Positions 16,731 to 24,000 of a DNA stretch of 24,000 nt are shown here, piece after piece. A program made the position numbers and the translations under genes. Within the stretch, counting starts at the first letter, position 1. Each line of letters begins with the position of its first letter. This stretch comes from Candidatus Sulfotelmatobacter sp. (GTDB taxonomy: Bacteria > Pseudomonadota > Alphaproteobacteria > Elsterales > Elsteraceae). A model generated the notes under the pieces. It was not told where the DNA came from, searched no databases, and saw nothing but the letters and a program-made list of their open reading frames with translations. Location: assembly GCA_035507915.1 (NCBI GenBank), contig DATJNS010000500.1, positions 657-24,656 of the forward strand. Direction: 5' to 3'.

Positions 16731-17495
16731 ATGACCGCACCCGCGACCGCGACCCTGTCGGAGCGCGCCGACGCGCTCGAGCACCGCATGATGCAGGAGC
16801 TCGACGCGATCGTCGTGAAGTCGCATTTGTTCAATCTGGCGGACGGCAGCAGGGAGTTCGTCGGCGGCGCCGCGCTGCAGGCCAAGTACCCCGGCAAGAA
16901 GATGCTGATGGGCGACGATCCGCGGCTGCCCAAGATGCCGGACAAGCCGACCCTGCTCGACTATTTCAAGCATCGCTTCGCGCCCGCGCAGCACCTGCTG
17001 CAGAGCGCTCGGCACGCCGTGAAGGCGGGCATGAGCGAGAAGGTGGTGCTCGCCTGCCTGCTGCACGACATCGGCGTGATCGGCTTCATCCGCTCCGACC
17101 ACGGCTACTGGGGCGCCCAGATGGTGGCGCCCTACGTCGACGAGGAGGTCACCTGGGCGATCCGCGCGCATCAGGCGCTGCGTTTCTATCCGGACGAGTC
17201 GGTCGGCTACGCCTATCCCGAGCTCTACAAGAAGTATTTCGGCGCCGACTATCAGCCCGACGCCTACATCGAGCGCGACTATCAGGCGGCGCGGAAGCAC
17301 AAGTGGTACATGACCGCGCGTCTGATCACGGTGCACGACATCTACTCGTTCGACCCCGACGTGAAGGTCTCGCTCGAGGAGTTCACCGACATCGTCGGCC
17401 GCAACTTCCGCCAGCCGGAAGAGGGGCTCGGCCTCGACGACAGCCCGTCCGCGCACATGTGGCGCACCCTGATGCGGCCGACCCGCTACCTGTGA
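16731..17495 (+). CDS. HD-domain protein (HD phosphohydrolase superfamily; possibly diiron-oxygenase-like)
   Basis: The ATG at 16731 follows GGAAAGGGATTG. 254 aa containing PAQHLLQSARHAVKAGMSEKVVLACLLHDIGVIGFIRSDHGYWGAQ...VTWAIRAHQALRFYPDE. The track start 15318 only extends through the antecedent gene in another frame. Confidence 0.88.
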   Translation: MTAPATATLSERADALEHRMMQELDAIVVKSHLFNLADGSREFVGGAALQAKYPGKKMLMGDDPRLPKMPDKPTLLDYFKHRFAPAQHLLQSARHAVKAGMSEKVVLACLLHDIGVIGFIRSDHGYWGAQMVAPYVDEEVTWAIRAHQALRFYPDESVGYAYPELYKKYFGADYQPDAYIERDYQAARKHKWYMTARLITVHDIYSFDPDVKVSLEEFTDIVGRNFRQPEEGLGLDDSPSAHMWRTLMRPTRYL

Positions 17496-17505
17496 CGCGC
17501 CGTCT

Positions 17506-18276
17506 GTGAGGCGGCGGCTCGCCGCGGTCGCCGGCGCGCTCCTGGGGCTGGTCGCGACGACGGCGGCGCCGAGCGGCGCCGCCGAGATCAAGGTGCTGAC
17601 CGCCGGCGCTTTCAAGCAGGTGCTGGTCGCCGCGCTGCCGGCGTTCGAGCAGCGCACCGGGCACACGGTGACGCTCGACAACGCCACCGTCGGGGTGTTG
17701 ATCCAGCGCATCGAGGGCGGCGAGGCGTTCGACGTCGCGGTGCTGAGCCCCGCGGCGATCGACGCGCTGACCGCCAAGGGCAAGATCGCCGCCGGGACGC
17801 GCAAGGCGCTCGCCAAGGTCGGCGTCGGCGTGGTCGTCAAGGCCGGCGCGCCGAAGCCCGACATCGCCACGGTCGACGCCTTCAAGCGCGCGCTGCTCGA
17901 CGCCAAGTCGGTCGCCTACATCGATCCGGCGGCCGGTGGCTCGAGCGGCATCTATATCGCCAAGCTGCTGAAGCAGCTCGGCGTGGCCGACGCGGTCAAC
18001 GCCAAGGCCAAGCTGATCCAGGGTGGCGCGGTCGCCGATCACATCGCCGCCGGCGAGGCCGAGCTCGGGCTGCACCAGATCAGCGAGATCCTGCCGGTCG
18101 CCGGCGTGACGTTGGTCGGTCCGCTGCCCGCCGCGCTGCAGAACTACACGGTCTACGCCGCCGGCATCTCGAGCGCCGCGCGCGACCGCGCCGCCGCCGA
18201 GGCGCTGATCGACCAGCTCGCCGGTCCCGCCGGCGCGGCGGTGATCACGGCGAAGGGCATGGAGCCGGCGTCCTGA
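17506..18276 (+). CDS. Extracellular substrate-binding protein, ModA-like
   Basis: Signal peptide, then AEIKVLTAGAFKQVLVAALPAFEQRTGHTVTLDNATVGVLIQRIEGGEAFDVAVLSPAAIDALTAKGKI...SVAYIDPAAGGSSGIYIAKLLKQLGV. GTG start 11 bp after the HD gene stop. Confidence 0.87.
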   Translation: MRRRLAAVAGALLGLVATTAAPSGAAEIKVLTAGAFKQVLVAALPAFEQRTGHTVTLDNATVGVLIQRIEGGEAFDVAVLSPAAIDALTAKGKIAAGTRKALAKVGVGVVVKAGAPKPDIATVDAFKRALLDAKSVAYIDPAAGGSSGIYIAKLLKQLGVADAVNAKAKLIQGGAVADHIAAGEAELGLHQISEILPVAGVTLVGPLPAALQNYTVYAAGISSAARDRAAAEALIDQLAGPAGAAVITAKGMEPAS

Positions 18277-18304
18277 CGCCATCACCGACCGGGAGGACAC
18301 GCGG

Positions 18305-19453
18305 ATGAAATACGACCTGTTGCTGCGCGGCGGCGAAGTCGTCGATCCGGGCAGCAAGCTGCGCGGCAAGCTGGACGTCGCCATCACGGGCGGCACGATC
18401 GTCGAGGTCGCGCCGTCGCTGCCCGAGGGCGAGGCCCGGCGGACGATCACGGTCAAGGACCGCTACGTGCTGCCCGGCCTGGTCGACTGCCACGCGCACA
18501 TCGCCGTCAACGGCCACAACATGGGCGTCGACACCGACCGATTCTGCCGCGCCAGCGGCGTGACGACGATGTGCGACGCCGGCAGCTGCGGCTCGTCGAA
18601 TTTCGCCAACCTGCGCTACATCGTCGACACCGCGGTGCGCACGCGCACCAAGGCGTTCGTCAACCTGTCGACCATCGGCATCACGGGCACGCGCATCTGC
18701 GGCGAGCTGTCGTTCGAGCGCTACGCCGATCCCGAGGGCTGCGCGCGCACCATCGCGGAGAACCAGGATTTCGCCATCGGCGTGAAGCTGCGCTACGGGC
18801 CCAATCTGGTGTGGGACTATTCCGACGCGCCCTTCAAGGTCGCGCGCAAGGCCGCCGACATGGCGGGCACGCCCATGATGGCGCACATCACGCGCACGCC
18901 GCTGCCGCTGCCCAAGATCCTCGAGAGCTTCAAGAGGGGCGACATCATCACCCACTGCTATCACGGCGGCGACAACGGCATCATGGGGCCGGAGCGCCAG
19001 TTCCTCCTCAAGGAGGTCGTCGAGGCGCAGCGCAACGGCGTCATCTTCGACTGCGCGCACGGCCGCCAGGGCCATTTCTCGTTTCCCTTGATCGAGAAGG
19101 CGCTCGACCAGGGCTTCCTGCCCGACACCATCTCGTCGGACCTCACCTTCGAGGGCGCGACCCTCGGGCCGGTGTTCGACCTGCCGACGGTCATGTCGAA
19201 GCTGATGCATTTCGGCGTCTCGCTCGACGACGTTGTGCTGCGCGCGACCCAGTATCCGGCGCGCATCCTCGGGCTCGAGGACGAGATCGGCACCCTGCGG
19301 CCGGGCGCGCGTGCCGACGTCGCGGTCTTCGAGCTGCGCGACGAGCCGGTCGAGTTCCACGATTCCGACGGCCACTCGCTGATGGGCAAGCGCCGGCTGA
19401 TCAATCACCTGACGCTGAGGGGCGGCCGCGTCTGGTACGAGCGGCCGAACTGA
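18305..19453 (+). CDS. Amidohydrolase/deacetylase-family metallohydrolase
   Basis: MKYDLLLRGGEVVDPGSKLRGKLDVAITGGTI..., VLPGLVDCHAHIAVNGHNMGVD, MAHITRTP, ITHCYHGG, TQYPARILGLEDEIGTLRPGARADVAVFE. Confidence 0.92.
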   Translation: MKYDLLLRGGEVVDPGSKLRGKLDVAITGGTIVEVAPSLPEGEARRTITVKDRYVLPGLVDCHAHIAVNGHNMGVDTDRFCRASGVTTMCDAGSCGSSNFANLRYIVDTAVRTRTKAFVNLSTIGITGTRICGELSFERYADPEGCARTIAENQDFAIGVKLRYGPNLVWDYSDAPFKVARKAADMAGTPMMAHITRTPLPLPKILESFKRGDIITHCYHGGDNGIMGPERQFLLKEVVEAQRNGVIFDCAHGRQGHFSFPLIEKALDQGFLPDTISSDLTFEGATLGPVFDLPTVMSKLMHFGVSLDDVVLRATQYPARILGLEDEIGTLRPGARADVAVFELRDEPVEFHDSDGHSLMGKRRLINHLTLRGGRVWYERPN

Positions 19454-19485
19454 CGCGCACTTGTTCCGCGGTCCCCCACACTTAA

Positions 19486-19517
19486 CGTCATGGCCGGCAC
19501 GGAGGCCGGCCATGACG
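19486..19517. terminator. Perfect hairpin between convergent amidohydrolase and cysE genes (bidirectional terminator candidate)
   Basis: CGTCATGGCCGGC (19486-19498) - ACGGAG - GCCGGCCATGACG (19505-19517), a 13-bp perfect stem with a 6-nt loop. Confidence 0.7.
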
Positions 19518-19571
19518 AATTGAGTGTCTTTCGGGCGACGAAACGTCGGTCCGCGCTCGCCCGGCGTACCG

Positions 19572-20396
19572 TCAGATCTGGAAGTCGGGCTCGAAGCCGT
19601 CGATTTCCTGGTTCATGGTCTGGGACGGCCGCTCGGACCCGGCGCAGCCGATCACGCGCGCCGGCACGCCGGCGACCGTGCAGCCGGGCGGCACTGCCTT
19701 GAGGACCACCGAGCCGGCGCCGATCCGCGAATACTCGCCGACCTCGATGTTGCCGAGGATCTTGGCGCCCGCCGAGATCAGTACGCCGCGCCGGATCTTG
19801 GGATGGCGGTCGCCGGTCTCCTTGCCGGAGCCGCCCAAGGTCACGCCGTGCAGCATCGAGACGTCGTCCTCGACCACCGCGGTCTCGCCGATCACGATGC
19901 CGGTCGCGTGATCCATCATGATGCCGCGGCCGATGCGCGCCGCCGGATGGATGTCGACGCCGAACAGCTCGGAAACGCGGCTCTGCAGGAACAGCGCGAG
20001 CGACGTGCGCCCCTGGACCCACAGGCGATGCGCGATGCGGTGCGACTGCAAGGCGAGGAAGCCTTTGTAGAACAGGAAGGCGTTGAGGTAGTTGTCGCAC
20101 GCCGGGTCGCGCTCGAACACCGCTGACAGGTCGGCGCGCACCGCCTCGCCGATCTCGGGCGTCTCGGTCATGGCGGCCTGGAAGATGTCGCGCGCCAGCA
20201 TCGAGCTGACGTCCGCGCCGCCGACCTTCTTGGCGAGGTGATAGGACAGCGCGTCCTCGAGCCGGCCGTGGGCCAGCACCGTGGCGTGCACCGAGCTCGC
20301 CAGCGCCGGCTCGGCGCGCACGACCGCTTCGGCCTGGTCGCGCAGCGCCGACCAGATCGGATCGCAGAGGGCGACTTTTTCGACGGCGACGGACAT
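19572..20396 (-). CDS. cysE: Serine O-acetyltransferase
   Basis: SVAVEKVALCDPIWSALRDQAEAVVRAEPALASSVHATVLAHGRLEDALSYHLAKKV..., the left-handed beta-helix hexapeptides HPAARIGRGIMMDHATGIVIGETAVVEDDVSMLHGVTLGGSGKETGDRHPKIRRGVLISAGAKILGNIEVG, and GVPARVIG. The start at 20396 is preferred over 20444. Confidence 0.96.
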   Translation of the reverse strand: MSVAVEKVALCDPIWSALRDQAEAVVRAEPALASSVHATVLAHGRLEDALSYHLAKKVGGADVSSMLARDIFQAAMTETPEIGEAVRADLSAVFERDPACDNYLNAFLFYKGFLALQSHRIAHRLWVQGRTSLALFLQSRVSELFGVDIHPAARIGRGIMMDHATGIVIGETAVVEDDVSMLHGVTLGGSGKETGDRHPKIRRGVLISAGAKILGNIEVGEYSRIGAGSVVLKAVPPGCTVAGVPARVIGCAGSERPSQTMNQEIDGFEPDFQI

Positions 20397-20532
20397 CGGG
20401 GTCTCCTGTCCTCGAACTCTAGGTCGGCGGCAGCGCGGTGCCAAGCCGCCCTTCCAAGGTGGGCCAGGGCGCGGGCCGCGCCAAGTGAAACGGGCGACCG
20501 GGCCCGTGAGACCGGTTCATCCGGCCGCGAGA

Positions 20533-20574
20533 CCGTCATCGCCCGTGCAAATCCGGCCGGTTCGGCGATGACGG
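20533..20574 (+). terminator. Terminator-like hairpin with downstream T-runs in the cysE-ppc divergent region
   Basis: Perfect 11-bp stem CCGTCATCGCC (20533-20543) / GGCGATGACGG (20564-20574) with a 20-nt loop, followed by CATTGTTTTTGCGATGTTTTTTG. Confidence 0.45.
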
Positions 20575-20637
20575 CATTGTTTTTGCGATGTTTTTTGCGG
20601 GCTTTCCAAGCGGCGCACCAGGCGGAATCATGATGCG

Positions 20638-23406
20638 ATGACCGATGTGGCCACCTCCGAGGTCCCCGACAAGGACCTGCCGCTGCGCGACGACATCCGC
20701 CGGCTCGGCCGCGTGCTGGGCGACATCGTGCGCGAGCAGAAGGGCGAGGCGGTGTTCGCGCTGGTCGAGCGCGTGCGCCAGACCTCGATCCGCTTCCGCC
20801 GCGACGGCGACGATGCGGCGCGCCGCGAGCTCGAGGCGACCCTCGACAGCCTGTCGCGCGATCACACGATCACGGTGATCCGCGCCTTCAGCTTCTTCTC
20901 GCACCTGGCCAACATCGCCGAGGACCAGCATCACATCCGCCGCACGCGCGCCCACGCCTTCGCCGCCTCGACGCCGCGCGAGGGCACGCTCGCCTATGCG
21001 CTCGCGGAGGCGCGCGCCGCCGGGGTCTCGCGCGCCGATCTGCAGGCGTTCTTCGCCGGCGCGCTGGTCGGCCCGGTGCTGACCGCGCACCCGACCGAGA
21101 TCCGGCGCAAGAGCACGATCGACCGCGAGATGGAGGTGGCGCGGCTGCTCGACGCGCGCGACCGGCTGCGGCTCACGCCCGAGGAGGAGGCCGCCAGCGA
21201 CGAGGCGCTGCGCCGCGCCATCCTGACTTTGTGGCAGACCAGCATCATCCGCCATACGCGGCTCCAGGTGGTCGACGAGATCGCCAACGGCCTGTCCTAT
21301 TACGACTACACCTTCCTGCGCGAGCTGCCGAAGCTGTATGCCGCGCTCGAGGACCAGCTCGCGGCGCTCGACGGCGGCTGGCAGGCCGTCGAGCTGCCGT
21401 CGTTCCTCCGGCTCGGCAGCTGGATCGGCGGCGATCGCGACGGCAATCCCAACGTCGACGCCGAGACGCTGCGCCAGGCGCTGCGGTTGCAGAGCCGGCG
21501 CGCGCTCGACTTCTATCTCGCCGAGCTCCACGAGCTGGGAGCCGAGCTGTCGCTCGAGGCGCGCCTGATCGAGGTGTCGGACGCGTTGAAGGCGCTCGCC
21601 GAGCAGTCGCCCGATCGCTCGCCCCAGCGCGCCGGCGAGCCCTACCGGCGGGCGATCTCGGGCGCCTATGCGCGGCTCGCCGCGACGGCGCGGGTGCTCG
21701 ACGACTTCGAGGTGCAGCGCCACGCGGTCGCCGACGCGCCGCCTTATCCCGACTCCGAGGCGCTGCGCGCCGACCTCGACGTGATCGACCGCTCGCTGAC
21801 CGCCAACGGCTCGATGACCCTGGCGCGCGGCCGGCTGCGCCACCTGCGCCGCGCCGTCGACGCGTTCGGCTTCCATCTGGCCGAGATCGACCTGCGCCAG
21901 AACTCCGACGTCCACGAGCGCGCGGTCGCCGAGCTGCTCGAGGCGGCGACGCCGGGCACCGACTACCGCAAGCGCGACGAGGCGGCGCGCATCGCGCTGT
22001 TGCGCGCCGAGCTCGCGACCGCACGGCCGCTCGCCTCGCCCTATCTGACCTACGGCGCCGAGACGGCGTCCGAGCTCGCGATCGCGCGCGCCGCCGCCGA
22101 CGCCCAGCGCCGCTACGGCAGGCGCGCGGTGCCGCACTACGTGATCTCGAAGGCCGACGGCGTGTCGGACGTGCTCGAGGTCGCGCTGCTCCTCAAGGAG
22201 GCGGGCCTGATGCAGCCGCGCGACGGCACGCTCGCCGTCGACATCGCGCCCTTGTTCGAGACCATCGACGACCTGCGCAACTGCCCGCGCGTCATGGACG
22301 CGCTGCTCGGCCTGCCCGAATACCGGCGCCTGCTGGCGAGCCGCGGCGGCGTGCAGGAGGTCATGCTCGGCTACTCGGACAGCAACAAGGACGGCGGCTT
22401 CCTGACCTCGGGCTGGGAGCTCTACAAGGCCGAGATCGCGCTGGTCGAGGTGTTCAAGCGCCACGGCGTGCGCCTGCGCCTGTTCCACGGCCGCGGCGGC
22501 TCGATCGGGCGCGGCGGCGGCCCGACCTACCAGGCGATCCTGGCGCAGCCGGGCGGCGCCGTGCAGGGCGCGCTGCGCGTCACCGAGCAGGGCGAGGTGA
22601 TCGCCGCCAAGTACTCGAACCCCGAGCTCGGCCGGCGCAATCTCGAGATCCTCGCCGCCGCGACCCTCGAGGCGAGCCTGCTACCGGCCGACGGCGCGGC
22701 GCCGAAGCAATCATATCTCGCGGCGCTCGACGCGCTGTCGGGCCACGCCTTTCGCGCCTATCGCGAGCTGGTCTACGAGACCGACGGCTTCGAGCGCTAT
22801 TTCTGGGAGTCGACGGTGATCGGCGAAATCGCCAACCTCAATCTCGGCAGCCGGCCGGCGTCGCGCACCAAGTCGACGCGCATCGAGGATCTGCGCGCGA
22901 TCCCCTGGGTATTCGGCTGGTCGCAGTGCCGGCTGATGCTGCCCGGCTGGTACGGCTTCGGCAGCGCGGTCGAGGCGTGGTGTGCGGCCCACCCGGCCGA
23001 CGGCATGGCGGTGCTCCAGGCGATGTACCACGAATGGCCGTTCTTCCAGATGCTGCTGTCCAACATGGACATGGTGCTGGCCAAGAGCGACATCGCGATC
23101 GCCTCGCGCTACGCCGAGCTGGTCGCCGACGCGGAGCTTCGCCGGACGATCTTCGAGCGCCTGCGCGCCGAATGGCGCCGCTCGATCGACGCGCTGCTCG
23201 AGATCATGGGCCAGCGTGTGCTGCTCGAGCGCAACCCGCTGCTTGCCCGCTCGATCCGCAACCGCTTTCCCTATCTCGACCCGCTCAACCACGTGCAGGT
23301 CGAGCTCCTGAAACGCCATCGCGCCGGCGACACTGACGAGCGCGTGGTCGCCGGCATCCACCTGACCATCAACGGGATCGCCGCCGGGCTCAGGAACAGC
23401 GGGTAG
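20638..23406 (+). CDS. ppc: Phosphoenolpyruvate carboxylase
   Basis: 922-aa ORF with [99 protein letters not shown] and C-terminal [14 protein letters not shown]. Confidence 0.98.
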   Translation: MTDVATSEVPDKDLPLRDDIRRLGRVLGDIVREQKGEAVFALVERVRQTSIRFRRDGDDAARRELEATLDSLSRDHTITVIRAFSFFSHLANIAEDQHHIRRTRAHAFAASTPREGTLAYALAEARAAGVSRADLQAFFAGALVGPVLTAHPTEIRRKSTIDREMEVARLLDARDRLRLTPEEEAASDEALRRAILTLWQTSIIRHTRLQVVDEIANGLSYYDYTFLRELPKLYAALEDQLAALDGGWQAVELPSFLRLGSWIGGDRDGNPNVDAETLRQALRLQSRRALDFYLAELHELGAELSLEARLIEVSDALKALAEQSPDRSPQRAGEPYRRAISGAYARLAATARVLDDFEVQRHAVADAPPYPDSEALRADLDVIDRSLTANGSMTLARGRLRHLRRAVDAFGFHLAEIDLRQNSDVHERAVAELLEAATPGTDYRKRDEAARIALLRAELATARPLASPYLTYGAETASELAIARAAADAQRRYGRRAVPHYVISKADGVSDVLEVALLLKEAGLMQPRDGTLAVDIAPLFETIDDLRNCPRVMDALLGLPEYRRLLASRGGVQEVMLGYSDSNKDGGFLTSGWELYKAEIALVEVFKRHGVRLRLFHGRGGSIGRGGGPTYQAILAQPGGAVQGALRVTEQGEVIAAKYSNPELGRRNLEILAAATLEASLLPADGAAPKQSYLAALDALSGHAFRAYRELVYETDGFERYFWESTVIGEIANLNLGSRPASRTKSTRIEDLRAIPWVFGWSQCRLMLPGWYGFGSAVEAWCAAHPADGMAVLQAMYHEWPFFQMLLSNMDMVLAKSDIAIASRYAELVADAELRRTIFERLRAEWRRSIDALLEIMGQRVLLERNPLLARSIRNRFPYLDPLNHVQVELLKRHRAGDTDERVVAGIHLTINGIAAGLRNSG

Positions 23407-23442
23407 CGTGGCAGGAGCGTAGCCCCGCGAGCGCCCGAAGCC

Positions 23443-24000
23443 TCAGAACTCGACCTCGAGCTCTTCGACGTCCTCGGGCTCGCCGCGCGCCGCGTCGACC
23501 CATTCGGCCATCGCGGGCCACGCCATGATGTGCCGGCAGTAGCCGGCGCACACCCCGTCGAGCTTGACGTCGTAGGTGAGGAAGCGGGTCACCACCGGGG
23601 CGTACATGGCGTCCGCCATGGTCGGCTTGCCGAACAGGAAGGGGCCTTTGTAGGCCGCCAGGCAGTCGCGCCAGATCGTGACGATGCGGTCGATGTCGGC
23701 CTGCGCGCCGGCCCACACCTTGAAGCCGGGATGGTGCGCCTTGAGGTTCATCGGCAGCGCCGAGCGCATGCTGGCGAAGCCCGAGTGCATCTCGCCCGAC
23801 ACCGAGCGGCAGCGCGCCCGGGCGGTGCGGTCGGCGGGCAAGAGGCCGGCCTGCGGCCGGATCTCGTGCAGGTACTCTCCGATCGCCAGCGTGTCCCAGA
23901 TCTGGACGCCCTCGTGGGTCAGGCAGGGCACCAGGAAGGACGGCGAGAGCAGCAGCAACTCGGCCCGGGTCGACGGGTCGTCGACCGGCAGCAGGATCTC
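23443..24000 (-). CDS. Glutathione S-transferase family protein, partial (5' end outside window)
   Basis: The minus-strand frame is open to the window edge: EILLPVDDPSTRAELLLLSPSFLVPCLTHEGVQIWDTLAIGEYLHEIRPQAGLLPADRTARARCRSVSGEMHSGF...PFLFGKPTMADAMYAPVVTRFLTY, the GST N-domain 'I-WDTLAI-EYL' and C-domain 'TMADA' patterns. Confidence 0.88.
   Translation of the reverse strand, partial: EILLPVDDPSTRAELLLLSPSFLVPCLTHEGVQIWDTLAIGEYLHEIRPQAGLLPADRTARARCRSVSGEMHSGFASMRSALPMNLKAHHPGFKVWAGAQADIDRIVTIWRDCLAAYKGPFLFGKPTMADAMYAPVVTRFLTYDVKLDGVCAGYCRHIMAWPAMAEWVDAARGEPEDVEELEVEF

Noticed and set aside
20536-22488. 650-aa minus-strand ORF (and 681-aa ORF 14512-16557 minus, 388-aa ORF 7378-8544 minus, 451-aa ORF 8617-9972 minus)
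   Set aside because: These are antisense to well-supported ppc, mscS and CoA-transferase genes. Composition is Arg/Asp/Gly/His-rich low-complexity typical of GC-rich shadow frames, with no recognisable domains.
21231-23336. 701-aa plus-strand ORF inside ppc in another frame
   Set aside because: Arg/Ala/Gly-rich shadow ORF fully within the ppc coding sequence, with no domain signature.

Overview
High-GC (probably alphaproteobacterial) chromosomal window, densely coding and mostly ordinary metabolism. From left to right: 3' end of glnS; a convergent NUDIX hydrolase; a complete branched-chain amino-acid/amide ABC transporter operon (substrate-binding protein, LivH, LivM, LivG, LivF); an AbrB/PIN (VapBC-type) toxin-antitoxin pair; two tandem class III (Frc/CaiB-type) CoA-transferases; a small DUF559 endonuclease-like ORF enclosed by a perfect 21-bp inverted repeat; a luciferase-like monooxygenase; a small secreted conserved protein; a VOC/glyoxalase protein; an MFS transporter; a single-domain response regulator; a large MscS-type channel; a probable three-gene unit (HD-domain protein, orphan ModA-like binding protein, amidohydrolase); cysE; ppc; and a partial glutathione S-transferase. 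I found no clear new defence or mobile system, CRISPR array, rRNA or tRNA. The best leads are (1) the inverted-repeat-bounded DUF559 element, (2) the HD-domain (possible diiron oxygenase-like)/orphan binding protein/amidohydrolase cluster, (3) three helically phased ATGCCAT half-sites over the start codon of the VapB-like gene, and (4) palindromic or hairpin structures upstream of mscS and ppc and between the liv binding-protein and permease genes. All family assignments come from reading motifs by eye; no database searches were run.
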